This document shows positions 18,067 to 29,694 of a stretch of 59,718 nt of DNA, piece by piece. This DNA is from Coleofasciculus chthonoplastes F2-STO-03. GTDB lineage: Bacteria; Cyanobacteriota; Cyanobacteriia; Cyanobacteriales; Coleofasciculaceae. The DNA lies in contig JAVJWO010000095.1 of assembly GCA_040222015.1 (NCBI GenBank), positions 1 through 59,718 of the forward strand, read 5' to 3'. Under the pieces are notes generated by a model. It did not search any database, was not told where the DNA came from, and saw only the letters and a list, made by a program, of their open reading frames with translations. Every line of letters begins with the position of its first letter. Within the stretch, counting starts at the first letter, position 1. The translations under genes were made by a program, and so were the position numbers.

Positions 18067-19821
18067 TCACCAATCAAACGCCTATTTGCCTACGGTCATA
18101 ACTATCGCACGGAAATCTGGCAGGCGATCGCGTGTTCGATTCTGAATAAAATTTTTGACTTAGCGCCACCCGCGTTAATTGGTGCGGCGGTGGATGTGGT
18201 GGTTCAGAAAGAGGATTCCCTCATCGCCCAACTTGGCGTCAGCGATATTTTCACACAACTGTTGATTCTGGCGGTGCTGAGTCTGATCATCTGGGGATTA
18301 GAATCCATATTTGAATATGCCTACAACCGACTCTGGCGTAATCTGGCACAAACGATTCAGCATGACTTGCGCTTAGATGCTTACGCCCACTTACAGTCGC
18401 TAGACTTGGCTTATTTTGAGGATAGGAGTACGGGTAGGTTGATGTCGATTCTCAACGATGATATCAACCAACTGGAACGCTTTCTGGATGTTGGCGCGAA
18501 TGAAATTCTCCAGGTATCCACAACCGTTGTAATTATTGGTGTCGCCTTCTTGATTCTGGCACCTGGCGTGGCTTGGATGGCGCTTCTACCCATGCCGTTT
18601 ATTCTCTGGGGTTCCATCGCCTTCCAGCGTCGGCTTGCGCCCCGTTATGCTGAGGTTCGGGAAAAGGTGAGTTTACTCAATGGGCAATTAGCCAATAATT
18701 TGACCGGAATCACCACGATTAAAAGCTTTACGGCGGAAGCGTATGAAATCCAGCGCATAACTGCCCAAAGTGAAGCCTATCGTCAAAGTAACCGTCGCGC
18801 GATCGCACTCTCGGCAGCGTTTGTGCCATTAATTCGTATCCTTATTTTATTGGGCTTCATCGGAATTCTCCTCTATGGGGGGATGGAAGCTGTAGCTGGG
18901 AGATTAGCCGTCGGTACTTATAGCGTGTTAGTATTTCTCACTCAACGCTTATTGTGGCCCCTCACCCGATTAGGACAAACCCTCGATCTCTATCAACGGG
19001 CGATGGCGTCTACAACCAGGGTGATGAATCTGTTAGATACACCGATTACCATGCATTCAGGCGAGATTTCCTTGCCTGTAACTCAGATAAGAGGTGAGTT
19101 AGCGTTAAAAAATATTACCTTTTCCTATCAGGGACGCCATCCTGTGGTAAAGAATCTTTCCCTTCATATTCCAGCCGGAAAAACCATTGCCATTGTCGGT
19201 GCAACGGGTTCCGGGAAAAGTACCCTAGTCAAGTTATTATTGAGACTCTATGAAGTCCAAGACGGAACGATAACCCTAGATGGTATTGACCTACGCCAGC
19301 TTCAGTTAGGTGATTTACGCCAAGCCATTGGTTTAGTCAGCCAGGATGTGTTTCTGTTTCATGGCACAGTGCGGGAAAATATTACTTATGGTAGTTTTGA
19401 TGTCACCTTATCTGAGGTAGAAGCCGCCGCAGAAATTGCCGAAGCCTATGACTTTATCTGCCAACTGCCCCAAGGCTACGACACAATTATCGGGGAGAGA
19501 GGACAAAAGTTATCCGGTGGACAGCAGCAGCGATTGGCAATTGCTCGTGCTATCTTAAAAAATCCCCCCGTGCTGATCCTCGATGAAGCCACCTCCGCCG
19601 TGGATAACGAGACAGAAGCCGCCATCCAGCGATCGCTAGAGAAGATTACCCAAAACCGAACCACGATCGCGATCGCTCATCGCTTGTCTACAGTACGCAA
19701 TGCTGATTGTATTTATGTTATGGATAAAGGTAAATTAGTTGAACAAGGCACCCATGAACAACTACTAGAGCAACAAGCCATTTATGCGATGCTTTGGCGT
19801 GTTCAGTCTGGTGTTAAATAA
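18052..19821 (+). CDS. ABC exporter, fused permease/ATPase (MsbA/MdlB-like)
   Basis: TMD followed by [16 protein letters not shown] and ILDEATS. Confidence 0.95.
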   Translation: MTNDKSPIKRLFAYGHNYRTEIWQAIACSILNKIFDLAPPALIGAAVDVVVQKEDSLIAQLGVSDIFTQLLILAVLSLIIWGLESIFEYAYNRLWRNLAQTIQHDLRLDAYAHLQSLDLAYFEDRSTGRLMSILNDDINQLERFLDVGANEILQVSTTVVIIGVAFLILAPGVAWMALLPMPFILWGSIAFQRRLAPRYAEVREKVSLLNGQLANNLTGITTIKSFTAEAYEIQRITAQSEAYRQSNRRAIALSAAFVPLIRILILLGFIGILLYGGMEAVAGRLAVGTYSVLVFLTQRLLWPLTRLGQTLDLYQRAMASTTRVMNLLDTPITMHSGEISLPVTQIRGELALKNITFSYQGRHPVVKNLSLHIPAGKTIAIVGATGSGKSTLVKLLLRLYEVQDGTITLDGIDLRQLQLGDLRQAIGLVSQDVFLFHGTVRENITYGSFDVTLSEVEAAAEIAEAYDFICQLPQGYDTIIGERGQKLSGGQQQRLAIARAILKNPPVLILDEATSAVDNETEAAIQRSLEKITQNRTTIAIAHRLSTVRNADCIYVMDKGKLVEQGTHEQLLEQQAIYAMLWRVQSGVK

Positions 19822-19902
19822 TTGTCATTTGTCCTTCATCCTACTCGCTTCCGAAAAGAAGCAAGCTACGTCTTATGTCATTGGGAATTGTAAACCATTA
19901 TT

Positions 19903-20331
19903 ATGTTCAGTAAATCTCAGCCGAATAAGCCAGAGGAGCAGTGGAAAGTTAAGCTAAATCAGTTTGCCAAAGAACATAGTAAGGAACTGGCGGCGCTGTC
20001 ATGGGGACTTTTTTTAGAGAAGGGCGAAAGCGACGAAACTATAGGAATTGACCTGAAACCTAGACCCCATTTTGTCTATTGTTCCAAAGCCGCCCTGGAA
20101 AAATTAAATCAAAAGGTTGAGAACTATCTTCAGGAAGTGGTCGGTATTGTCAATGCTCACCAACCGGATAAAGAAGTTTTAATGATTGGGATTGGTAATG
20201 ACCAAATTAAGTTAATTCATTTTGAACCAGAATCTCCACCTCCTGTATGTTTTGAGGAAGTGGGGAAAGATGTCGATACATTACTTGAAGAGTTAGAACA
20301 GCGTCTGAGTGAATTTGATATTCGTCCTTAG
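19903..20331 (+). CDS. ccmS: Beta-carboxysome assembly chaperone CcmS
   Basis: LAALSWGL..GIDLKPRPHFVYC...EVLMIGIG...FEPESPPPVCFE matches the CcmS family as recalled. Confidence 0.75.
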   Translation: MFSKSQPNKPEEQWKVKLNQFAKEHSKELAALSWGLFLEKGESDETIGIDLKPRPHFVYCSKAALEKLNQKVENYLQEVVGIVNAHQPDKEVLMIGIGNDQIKLIHFEPESPPPVCFEEVGKDVDTLLEELEQRLSEFDIRP

Positions 20332-20636
20332 TCATTCGTTATTTGTCATACTCGCTTCGCGAGAAGCAAGCTACGTCTTATGTCAAGTCGGGGCGGGTTT
20401 AGTTACATCTGGGTGCAACCGAAAAGATAGTAGTGAAACCCGCCCCTACACAATTTTCCCATCTGCCCCATCTTTCCCATCTCCCTCATCTCCCTCATCT
20501 TCCCCAGCTCCCCCATATCCCTCATCTTCCCCATATCCCTCATCTTCCCCAGCTCCCCCAGCTCCCCCGCACTCCTGCATTCTCATCCCGCGATCGGTAC
20601 AATAGTTAAAAAACTACAATCCAACTCTGCAAACTG

Positions 20637-21407
20637 ATGACGCCTGACGTAGAAACGTTACCCCAGCAACCTGACACCAGTGAAACCGACAACCTCGACG
20701 AACTTCCCCATGATGTCGAGATGTCACTGTTTGATCACTTAGAAGAGTTGCGGCGGCGAATTTTCTATTCGCTGCTGGCTGTCGCCGTTGGTGCTATTGG
20801 CTGCTTTGTGGCGGTTAAGTACATTGTCCAGTTATTGGAAATCCCGGCTAAAGGCGTTAAGTTTTTACAATTAGCTCCCGGTGAATACTTCTTTGTATCC
20901 CTGAAAGTAGCGGGTTACAGTGGTTTGCTCGTGGCGACGCCTTTCATTCTTTACCAAGTGATTCAGTTTGTCTTACCGGGGCTGACTCGCCGCGAACGAC
21001 GCTTGATTGCACCTGTGGTTTTAGGATCGAGTGTTCTGTTTTTCGTGGGGTTGGCATTTTCCTACATTGCTTTAATTCCAGCCGCGCTGAAATTCTTTAT
21101 TAGTTATGGTGCTGATGTGGTTGAGCAAGCTTGGTCAATTGAACGGTATTTTGAATTTGTGCTGCTTCTCATGTTCAGCACAGGGATAGCCTTTCAAGTG
21201 CCAATTATTCAGATTCTGTTGGGAAATTTAGGAATTGTCTCATCCTCACAAATGCTTTCCGGTTGGCGGATTGTTATTTTAGGTGCAGTGATTTTAGGCG
21301 CTGTGTTAACGCCTTCCACTGATCCTCTGACTCAAAGTTTACTCGCTGGCGCGGTTATTGGTCTTTACTTCGGTGGAATTGGTATGGTTAAGCTGTCAGG
21401 CAAGTGA
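20637..21407 (+). CDS. tatC: Twin-arginine translocase TatC
   Basis: [13 protein letters not shown] and TPSTDP motifs; six TM segments. Confidence 0.96.
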   Translation: MTPDVETLPQQPDTSETDNLDELPHDVEMSLFDHLEELRRRIFYSLLAVAVGAIGCFVAVKYIVQLLEIPAKGVKFLQLAPGEYFFVSLKVAGYSGLLVATPFILYQVIQFVLPGLTRRERRLIAPVVLGSSVLFFVGLAFSYIALIPAALKFFISYGADVVEQAWSIERYFEFVLLLMFSTGIAFQVPIIQILLGNLGIVSSSQMLSGWRIVILGAVILGAVLTPSTDPLTQSLLAGAVIGLYFGGIGMVKLSGK

Positions 21408-21662
21408 TTGAGTTCGTAGTAAGGGCTTTAGCCGGTTATAATCCTGGGCTAACTACTAGCGTCGTGGCACAGCACGAATTGTAAAGATATTTTTATGAAA
21501 TATACAAAATTAAAATAATCTTTTCATCAAACAGGTTAAATAGTCGTGTATTATAAATAAATTTGCCTTCATTGGCAGCAGGACAGGTGAAGCACTGGGA
21601 GTCATTGCTGTCATGCCAATTAATACTAGCTATGGTTTTGTAAATTTTGTTAAGGGTAGCTC

Positions 21663-21968
21663 ATGATTCCAGGGGAACTAATCATCCAAAAGGGAGAAAT
21701 TGAACTCAATGCAGGGCGTCCTACCTTACGCCTGTCGGTAGCGAATACAGGCGATCGCCCGATTCAGGTGGGTTCTCATTTCCATTTCTATGAAGTGAAT
21801 GACGCCCTAGCCTTTGACCGAGAGCCAACCAAGGGGATGCGGTTAAACATCCCGGCGGGTACAGCCGTGCGCTTTGAACCAGGAGATGAACGGGAGGTTG
21901 AGTTAGTTCCGTTTGTCGGTAGCCGTCAGGTTTATGGGTTTAATGGCAGAGTCAATGGGGCGCTATAA
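21663..21968 (+). CDS. ureB: Urease beta subunit
   Basis: MIPGE...[19 protein letters not shown]...[15 protein letters not shown]. Confidence 0.97.
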   Translation: MIPGELIIQKGEIELNAGRPTLRLSVANTGDRPIQVGSHFHFYEVNDALAFDREPTKGMRLNIPAGTAVRFEPGDEREVELVPFVGSRQVYGFNGRVNGAL

Positions 21969-22047
21969 CGGTGTAGGGGAGCAGGGGTTGTAGAGACGTT
22001 CTGGTGGAACGTCTGGGAGCAGGGGTTGTAATTACTTTGCCTAGCAG

Positions 22048-22092
22048 AAGAATCCCCACTCAAATCGAAGATTCTGAGTGGGGTGCGTTCAA
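22048..22092 (+). mobile_element. Solo IS200/IS605 right-end hairpin
   Basis: AGAATCCCCACTCA-loop-TGAGTGGGG...GTTCAA, the typical tnpB right-end layout. Confidence 0.6.
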
Positions 22093-22240
22093 ACCCTGAT
22101 GTCACAAATGAATTGATTCAGAAGTTGGGGATTTATCGGATAAGTAGCAAGAATTGTGGCTGAGGTTGACAAGGATGCCGTCATTCAGCCAGATGCTGTG
22201 AAACGTAAGCAGCGTCTACCTGATGGGGATGGATAGCCAG

Positions 22241-23611
22241 TCAGGAATTAAGGGGACTGTGAGTCACCGAGGGGGCTTTTATCGGAGAGTTATCCGATAC
22301 CCGTTGTAATCGTGCGCCAAGTTTCTGTAACTTCGCCTCTAGCTTCTCATACCCTCGGTCTAAATGATGCAGTCCCTGAATTGTGGTTTTACCATCGGCG
22401 GCTAAGGCGGCTAATATCAGCGCAGCGGACGCTCGTAAGTCAGTGGCAACCACAGGGGCTCCTGATAACAAAGGGACACCGCGCACGATCGCATTATTGC
22501 CCTTAATCCGAATATCTGCCCCCATGCGATTCAGTTCAGGAACATGTCCTAAACGATTTTCAAACACGGTTTCGGTAATCACACTATCCCCATCACTCAA
22601 CGTTAAGAGTGCCATAAAGGGAGCTTGCATATCCGTGGGAAATCCGGGATAGGGCAAGGTTTCAATATCCGTCGCCCGAATAATTCCCGTCGGGATAATC
22701 CGCAGACAGTCGGGGGCTTCCTGAATCACTCTCATGCCAATATCTTGGAGTTTCGCGATCGCGGCGGTAATATGATCGGGCACAACCGGGGACAGGGTGA
22801 GTTCTGACTGAGTAATTGCCGCCGCCACTAAAAACGTACCCGTTTCGATGCGATCGGGAATAATCGAGTAGTCTACCGAATGTAAACTGGGAACGCCAGA
22901 AATAATAATCGTGTTGGTTCCCGCCCCCCGAATCTTGGCACCCATGGCGTTACAAAAATTTGCCAAATCCACCACTTCTGGCTCTTGGGCAGCATTTTCT
23001 AGAGTGGTTTCCCCTGAAGCCAATGTTGCTGCCATCATCAGGGTTTCTGTTGCACCCACACTAGGGTAGTCCAGATAAATTTTTGCCCCCTTTAACCGCC
23101 GCCGTCCATTCCCCCTCACATAAGCATGAACCATACCATGCTCAATTTGCACCTCAGCCCCGAGCGCTTGCAATCCCCTAACATGAAGATCGACAGGTCT
23201 AGCGCCAATGGCACAGCCACCCGGTAAAGGAACTTGAGCCGCACCCAATCGTGCCAACAGAGAACCAATCACAAAGAAACTGGCTCGAAGCTGATTCACA
23301 ATCTCGTAGGGTGCTTTTGACTGCTTCAAATGACGAGCATTGATATCCAAGATATCTCCTTGGCGTTCTAGCTTTACACCCAAAGCCGCCAGCACCTGAC
23401 CCATCCGCCCTATATCTACCAGAGAAGGCACATTACGCAGTCGGCAATCTTCAGGACATAGCAGCGACCCTGCCATAATTGCCAAGGCTGAGTTCTTCGC
23501 GCCACTAATGGTGACATGTCCTTTTAGGGACGATCTGCCCCAAATCTCTAGAACGGATGGGTTTGGCTTGGGTACAGAGCCAGTATCGGTCAAATTAAGA
23601 GAGTGGTTGAT
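22241..23611 (-). CDS. murA: UDP-N-acetylglucosamine 1-carboxyvinyltransferase; probable ATC start at 23611 (TTG at 23593 is the alternative)
   Basis: [21 protein letters not shown] and GFPTDMQ motifs; GGAGG 8 nt upstream of an in-frame ATC. Confidence 0.95.
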   Translation of the reverse strand: MNHSLNLTDTGSVPKPNPSVLEIWGRSSLKGHVTISGAKNSALAIMAGSLLCPEDCRLRNVPSLVDIGRMGQVLAALGVKLERQGDILDINARHLKQSKAPYEIVNQLRASFFVIGSLLARLGAAQVPLPGGCAIGARPVDLHVRGLQALGAEVQIEHGMVHAYVRGNGRRRLKGAKIYLDYPSVGATETLMMAATLASGETTLENAAQEPEVVDLANFCNAMGAKIRGAGTNTIIISGVPSLHSVDYSIIPDRIETGTFLVAAAITQSELTLSPVVPDHITAAIAKLQDIGMRVIQEAPDCLRIIPTGIIRATDIETLPYPGFPTDMQAPFMALLTLSDGDSVITETVFENRLGHVPELNRMGADIRIKGNNAIVRGVPLLSGAPVVATDLRASAALILAALAADGKTTIQGLHHLDRGYEKLEAKLQKLGARLQRVSDNSPIKAPSVTHSPLNS

Positions 23612-23832
23612 AGGTCTATCCTCCAGAATCGGTGAAGTCTTGGCATATTTTAAAATTTGGTTTTGATTCTACCTGAAAGAGGGCAAATGTCTAGATTTGC
23701 TCCCCAAAATAGTGAATCGACCAGCCTTGGATTGTACCTTGTCCGATGCTGAAAATCCGCAAAAAAAAATAGTTGACAAATGTGTCAGGATTGTTGCATG
23801 ATTGAAAACTGCATGGAAAATTAAAAAAAGAC

Positions 23833-23916
23833 GCGGAACTGGCGGAATTGGTAGACGCGCTAGATTCAGGTTCTAGTGTTCGCAAGAACTTCCGGGTTCA
23901 AGTCCCGGGTTCCGCA
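23833..23916 (+). tRNA. trnL: tRNA-Leu (anticodon CAG)
   Basis: GCGGAAC/GTTCCGC acceptor stem; CTAGA-TTCAGGT-TCTAG anticodon arm; long variable arm; GGTTCAAGTCC T-arm. Confidence 0.97.
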
Positions 23917-23960
23917 TTGGAGAGACGTGCCATGGCGCGTCTCTACATAACATTGAAATA

Positions 23961-24758
23961 ATGCTAACCAGTACCAAAAATCCTCTAGTTAAGGCAATTC
24001 GGAAACTACACACAGCCAAAGGACGACGGGAGGAGCGACTTCTGTTGTTAGAGGGAACTCACCTGTTAGCAGAAGCCTGTGCGGTCAATTATCCCTTAGT
24101 CACGCTTTGTTGTACACCCGATTGGCAGCACAGTCATCCCCAACTTTGGCAAGACGCTACCCTTCACTGTCAGCATGTAGAACTTGTTAGCGCCTCGGTT
24201 CTCAAAGCCATGGCGACAACGGTTCAGCCAGATGGCGTAGTGGTAACGGCAAAATCTTCATTCCTCGCCCCGCCTCAGATTCCCTGTTCCCTCGGTTTAG
24301 TGTTAGAGACGCTGCAAGATCCAGGAAATTTGGGTACGATCATTCGTACCGCAACCGCAGCTGGTGTGGATGGTTTATGGCTGAGTCCAGACAGTGTAGA
24401 CTTAGAGAATCCTAAAGTCTTGCGAGCTTCAGCCGGTCAATGGTTTCGTCTGCCCATGAGTGCCAATGCTAATCTGAGTCAGGTAGTTAGGCAAAGTCAG
24501 GTTCAAGGGGTACAAGTTGTAGCAACTCTACCTCAGGCAACGTTGAGTTACTGGGAAATAGATTGGCACTGTCCTACCCTGATTCTACTGGGCAATGAGG
24601 CGGCGGGATTGCGCCCTGAGTTAGCGACACTTGCTGATCAATCGGTGCAAATTCCCCTCGGTCAGGATGTAGAATCTTTAAATGTAGCGATCGCGGCAGC
24701 TTTAATCGTGTATGAAGCACTGCGCCAACGGGTTGGGGGAACAGGCAATAGGCAATAG
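23961..24758 (+). CDS. TrmH/SpoU family RNA methyltransferase
   Basis: QDPGNLGTIIRTA, GNEAAG and ESLNVA motifs. Confidence 0.93.
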   Translation: MLTSTKNPLVKAIRKLHTAKGRREERLLLLEGTHLLAEACAVNYPLVTLCCTPDWQHSHPQLWQDATLHCQHVELVSASVLKAMATTVQPDGVVVTAKSSFLAPPQIPCSLGLVLETLQDPGNLGTIIRTATAAGVDGLWLSPDSVDLENPKVLRASAGQWFRLPMSANANLSQVVRQSQVQGVQVVATLPQATLSYWEIDWHCPTLILLGNEAAGLRPELATLADQSVQIPLGQDVESLNVAIAAALIVYEALRQRVGGTGNRQ

Positions 24759-24855
24759 GCTATAGGCTATAGAAATTTTGTCCCTCATCTCCTCCAGCTT
24801 CCCCGGCTTCCCCTGCTTCCCCGGCTTCCCCGGCTTCCCCTGCTTCCCCTGCACT

Positions 24856-25128
24856 CTATTCCTCCTCCATTGGTTCAGTGTCGCCAAAAAATGCATCCAG
24901 ATCAGCCGCCGCTTCTTCGAGAAGATCTAGATCAAAAACGTCATCGTCTGACTGAGCAGATTTTGATTGAGGAGTTTTTGATTGAGGAGTAGGGGATTTC
25001 AATGAAGAAGGACGAGATTTCGACTGGGGAGGAGGAGATGTATGACCCAAGAGATTCTCAAGTTGCTCAAGTGACTCTACAAACGCTCTAGCTGCTTCAT
25101 TTCGATGATTTTGCTGAGGTTCGCACAT
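24856..25128 (-). CDS. Small hypothetical protein
   Basis: AARAFVESLEQL...LEEAAADLDAF pattern, seen in conserved cyanobacterial small proteins. Confidence 0.7.
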   Translation of the reverse strand: MCEPQQNHRNEAARAFVESLEQLENLLGHTSPPPQSKSRPSSLKSPTPQSKTPQSKSAQSDDDVFDLDLLEEAAADLDAFFGDTEPMEEE

Positions 25129-25691
25129 AATAGTTTATCCCCTAAAGCTAGTGTTTATTGAGAGTGAACGCTACTCATTAGCCTATACTCGGAAAAACAA
25201 CACCCTTACCGTTTCATTCTATGGTATAGTTTTTTAGTTTTAGGTGGACACAATTAACGTGAACGGTGAAGAACGTCATTCGTCATTCGTCATACTCGCG
25301 CAAGCGAGAAGCAAGCTACGTCATTCGTCCTTTGTAAGGGTTTGAGGCTTGTTCACAAAACTTAGTAGATCTGCTGTTTTCTTTTGTCCGACTACTTAGA
25401 TTAGGAGGAAGAATTGCTCTACTGAGTCAGATAGCAGTATGCGATAAAATCTCCGCTTTTTCGGAAAATACTATTTACTCAAAAAATAGTTCTTGTATAG
25501 TCAAAGAGGCAAAAAATTATATCGAAGCAATTAAACCACAATCTAAGAAATCTCCGTGACCTATCCAATTTAACAAACGCACAACCCTTAAAGAAACCAC
25601 CGCCTCAGCTAGATCAGGCAAAATTTTTCAGCAAAAGCTTGCGATTAGTCAGGGGTCAAGTTGAAAATAAGGAGGCAATTGCGTCAGGGAA

Positions 25692-27131
25692 ATGGATGTG
25701 AGTCAAGAATTTGATTACGATTTAGTGATTGTCGGTGCTGGCGTCGGTGGACATGGCGCAGCTTTACATGCAGTAAGTTGCGGCTTGAAAACCGCAATCA
25801 TTGAAGCATCGGAGATGGGCGGGACTTGTGTGAATCGCGGTTGTATCCCGTCAAAAGCCCTATTAGCCGCATCAGGGCGGGTGCGTGAGTTACACAATAC
25901 CCATCATCTGAAATCCCTGGGAATTCAGGTGAGTGGCGTAGAATTTGACAGAGACGCGATCGCGAATCATGCGAATACCTTGGTGAGTAAAATTCGTGGC
26001 GATCTCACCAACAGCCTCAAACGCTTAAAGGTGGATATCATTCCCGGTTGGGGTCGAGTGGCGGGATCACAAAACGTAACGGTGACAACAGACGAGGGTG
26101 AAAAAACAGTCACAGCCAAAGACATTATCCTCTGTACAGGTTCCGTTCCCTTCGTCCCCCCCGGTATTGAACTTGATGGGAAAACCGTCTTCACCAGCGA
26201 CGATGCCCTAAAGCTGGAATGGTTACCCCCATGGGTGGCAATTATTGGCAGTGGTTATATCGGGTTAGAGTTTGCTGATATCTATACCGCCCTAGGGTCA
26301 GAAATCACCATGATTGAAGCCCTGGATCAGTTAATGCCCACCTTTGACCCCGATATTGCCAAACTAGCTAGCCGGGTGCTGATTTCTCCCCGTGATATGG
26401 AAACCTATTCCGGCACTCTGGCACAAAAAGTGACTCCGGGTTCACCCGTTGTGATTGAACTAGCAGATGCTAAAACCAAGGAAGTTGTGGATGTCCTAGA
26501 AGTTGATGCCTGCTTAGTCGCCACTGGACGGATTCCGGTAAGTAAAGATTTAGGCTTAGAATCTGTAGGCGTGGAAACAGATCGCCGAGGCTTCATCCCC
26601 ATCAATGATCAAATGGCAGTGTTATCCGGTGACGAAGCCGTTCCCCACCTCTGGGCAATTGGTGACGCTACCGGGAAACTCATGCTGGCACATGCAGCAT
26701 CAGCTCAAGGAGTTGTCGCCGTGGAAAATATTTGTGGGCGTCATCGTACCATTGACTATCGCAGCATCCCCGCCGCCGCTTTTACCCATCCAGAAATTAG
26801 TTACGTGGGATTAACTGAACCCGCCGCCAAGGAACTCGGTGAACAAGAGGGATTTGAAGTTGGCTCAGTGAGAACGTATTTTAAAGGAAATTCCAAAGCG
26901 ATCGCGGAAGGAGAGGCGGATGGGATTGCCAAAGTTATCTATCGTAAAGATAACGGTGAAATCTTAGGGGTTCACATTTTCGGCATCCACGCCTCTGATT
27001 TAATTCACGAAGCCTCAAACGCGATCGCCCAGCGACAGTCCGTGAATACTCTGGTATATCTAGTTCACGCTCATCCCACTTTGTCAGAAGTCCTTGACGA
27101 AGCCTACAAGCGAGCCGTTGCCAGTCATTAG
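25692..27131 (+). CDS. lpdA: Dihydrolipoyl dehydrogenase
   Basis: [13 protein letters not shown] and HAHPTLSE motifs. Confidence 0.96.
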   Translation: MDVSQEFDYDLVIVGAGVGGHGAALHAVSCGLKTAIIEASEMGGTCVNRGCIPSKALLAASGRVRELHNTHHLKSLGIQVSGVEFDRDAIANHANTLVSKIRGDLTNSLKRLKVDIIPGWGRVAGSQNVTVTTDEGEKTVTAKDIILCTGSVPFVPPGIELDGKTVFTSDDALKLEWLPPWVAIIGSGYIGLEFADIYTALGSEITMIEALDQLMPTFDPDIAKLASRVLISPRDMETYSGTLAQKVTPGSPVVIELADAKTKEVVDVLEVDACLVATGRIPVSKDLGLESVGVETDRRGFIPINDQMAVLSGDEAVPHLWAIGDATGKLMLAHAASAQGVVAVENICGRHRTIDYRSIPAAAFTHPEISYVGLTEPAAKELGEQEGFEVGSVRTYFKGNSKAIAEGEADGIAKVIYRKDNGEILGVHIFGIHASDLIHEASNAIAQRQSVNTLVYLVHAHPTLSEVLDEAYKRAVASH

Positions 27132-27267
27132 ACAAGGCAGGAGGCAGAAGGCAACACCTCGACTTACCTCGACTTCGCTCGGTAACACGCTCGGTGTGGA
27201 ATATGCAATAGAGTTTTTTTGACCAATGACCAATGACCAATGACAAAGGACGAAGGACAAATGACCA

Positions 27268-28170
27268 ATGACAAAGGACCAAATCCCAATTCGCCGCCGT
27301 CCACCTAATCCGGCGGTTGACCTGAATATCTTACGCTATCAAGTCGTTCTCCCAGACGCCCAGCCGCGCCATATTCTGGAAGAAATTGTCTGGCATAAAG
27401 AAAAAGAAGTTGACCAGATGCGGGAACGGCTGAATTTAGCTCAACTGCGGAAACAGATCGAGTCAGCCCCGCCAGCGCGGGACTTTAAAGCGGCGTTATT
27501 AGCGGCAAAGACTCGTCCCGCCTTAATTGCTGAAGTGAAAAAGGCATCACCGAGTAAAGGCGTGATTCGGGAAGCATTTGACCCAGTTGCGATCGCCCGT
27601 GCTTACGAACAAGGGGGGGCGAGTGCCATATCCGTGCTGACGGATAAAAAGTTCTTCCAAGGGAGTTGGGATAATCTCAGCTATGTCAGGGAAACTGTAA
27701 ATTTGCCAATTCTGTGTAAAGAGTTCATCATTTATCCTTATCAACTCTACCTGGCTCGGAGTCGTGGCGCTGATGCGGTGTTGCTGATTGCGGCTATTTT
27801 GTCGGATCAAGACCTACGGTATTTTGTCAAAATTGCCAATGGGTTATCCATGACCCCTTTGATCGAAGTGCATACTCTGGATGAATTAGACCGCGTGTTA
27901 TCGGTAGATGGGGTTACCCTAGTAGGTATAAACAATCGTAACTTGACAGATTTCTCGGTTGATTTGCAAACAACCTGCCAACTTCTGGCAGCACGAAGTC
28001 AGCAGCTTGAAGAACGCGGTATTCTGGTTGTCAGTGAGTCAGGACTGCATAAACGTGCTGATTTAGAGCAGGTCGCATCGGCGGGGGCTACAGCCGTACT
28101 GATCGGTGAATCATTGGTCAAACAGCCTGATCCAGCCCTAGCCGTTACCAATCTGTTACCAAGTTCGTGA
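27268..28170 (+). CDS. trpC: Indole-3-glycerol phosphate synthase
   Basis: [25 protein letters not shown] and SESG motifs. Confidence 0.96.
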   Translation: MTKDQIPIRRRPPNPAVDLNILRYQVVLPDAQPRHILEEIVWHKEKEVDQMRERLNLAQLRKQIESAPPARDFKAALLAAKTRPALIAEVKKASPSKGVIREAFDPVAIARAYEQGGASAISVLTDKKFFQGSWDNLSYVRETVNLPILCKEFIIYPYQLYLARSRGADAVLLIAAILSDQDLRYFVKIANGLSMTPLIEVHTLDELDRVLSVDGVTLVGINNRNLTDFSVDLQTTCQLLAARSQQLEERGILVVSESGLHKRADLEQVASAGATAVLIGESLVKQPDPALAVTNLLPSS

Positions 28171-28291
28171 GTTTTCTGTCGTCAATTGTCCTTGCTTGTA
28201 GCCACGAATGCTACAAGAGGTCAGATCATCCGATACGCTTATTCAACTGAAGCGCGATCGCGAATTCGTCTTTTGAGGTAAACCCGGTTTC

Positions 28292-28573
28292 ATGGAGCCA
28301 ATACCCCTTCCGTCTTATATTCACTACGAACTGCTACTACAGATGCTAGAGCGTCATACTGCCTTTGCCACGAATCAAAACCCCATGATTCGAGAACAGG
28401 TGCATCAATTGATTGTTACGCTCCGCAAAGCGTTAGCCCAGCAGAAACAACTCGAACAAACCTGTAATCGGCTCAATTTACCGGTTGAGTACCGTTGGTC
28501 ACTCAATAGTGTCAAGGTTGAGTCAAAATCATCGGATAATGGTTTTCCCCTAGATTCGGACACCAAAACTTAG
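28292..28573 (+). CDS. DUF5340-like conserved cyanobacterial protein
   Basis: MEPIPLPSYIHYELLLQMLER...YRWSLN. Confidence 0.75.
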   Translation: MEPIPLPSYIHYELLLQMLERHTAFATNQNPMIREQVHQLIVTLRKALAQQKQLEQTCNRLNLPVEYRWSLNSVKVESKSSDNGFPLDSDTKT

Positions 28574-28575
28574 TC

Positions 28576-28910
28576 GTCAGGAACCCCATAGCTGAAGCTA
28601 GGGGCTTGCAAATTACCCGATCTTTGAGAGGGAGGGAAGCTTGCCCCACCTGACCAGAAGGCTCACCTCGACTTATCTCGGCTTCGCTCGATACCAGTCG
28701 CGGGCGTGAGCGGAGCCGAACCAAGCAGCCGTTATTAGGGAGAGTTTAAGTTCTCACCTTGGAATGCGTGCCAGTTCCAAGCCGCTGAAATCTCAGCATT
28801 AAACAGGTATACAAGGGTTAAGCCAGTGTGTTGGGAAAAGTACCGCCTAATAACCACTTCGAGGCGTACAGACGCGCCATGGCGCGTCTCTACCCCGGAA
28901 ACGGGAGATG
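28576..28910 (+). ncRNA. omegaRNA (HEARO-type) scaffold of IscB
   Basis: TGACCAG, CCGTT, CACCTTGGAATGCGTGCCAGTTCCAAG, TTAAAC, CAGTG and CGAGG motifs in the expected order upstream of iscB. Confidence 0.85.
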
Positions 28911-28917
28911 AAAACTT

Positions 28918-29694
28918 ATGTTTGTACTTGTTGTCGATCAAAACCGAAAACCTCTTAATCCGTGTCATCCGGCACGGGCGAGGAAGTTTCTCAAGTCTGG
29001 AAGAGCGGTTGTGCTACGGCGCTATCCGTTTACTCTGTCTTGTGTTCAATGCAATCAGAAGAAAGGAAACAAGCCTATTGAAGAGTTCCTAAAAAGAAAG
29101 CCCGATTTGCTCGGGTCAGTTTTATCGGTTGCTAAACGTCCTTTAAAGGACGCGGCGGCTGTCAATTCAACCCGATGGGCGCTGTATCGGGTATGTGGTG
29201 AAACGGGTTTACCCATAGAGACGGGAACTGGTGGTAGGACAAAATTTAACCGCATTCGTCAAGAGTTGCCTAAAACTCACTGGCTAGATGCAGCTTGTGT
29301 CGGTAAATCAACTCCAGACAAATTACGGGTGTTGATAGATAAGCCGCTCATTATCACGGCTACAGGTCACGGTACTCGGAAGGTGTGTCGCACTGACAAA
29401 TTCGGGTTTCCGATTCGTTATGTCCCCAGAAATAAGTTTGTTAAGGGTTTCCAGACAGGCGATATCGTTAAAGCAATTGTGACCAAGGGCAAAAAGATAG
29501 GGGCTTATATAGGTCGCGTGGCTGTGCGAACAACAGGCAGTTTCAACATCTCAGCCGCCAATGGTTTAGTCCAAGGCATTAACCATAAATATTGCAGTCG
29601 TGTACACGGAAAGGATGGATACCAATACGCTTTCTCTCGGAAGTCCTGTCGGACTGCTGTTTATGTAAGGGGGCAAGATCCTCCCCATACATAA
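28918..29694 (+). pseudogene. iscB: iscB with a large in-frame internal deletion (PLMP domain joined to the end of HNH, RuvC-III and the C-terminal domain)
   Basis: PLNPCHPARAR...YPFTL fused directly to SCVQCNQKKG; HWLDAACVG and GFQTGDIVKA retained; RuvC-I, RRXRR helix and RuvC-II absent. Confidence 0.85.

Noticed and set aside
21480..21660. NtcA box upstream of ureB
   Set aside because: No GTA-N8-TAC match, only partial half-sites.
28512..29092. Short ORFs overlapping the omegaRNA (28512-28724, 28735-28968, 28826-29092)
   Set aside because: Incidental frames across a structured RNA and its repeat inserts.
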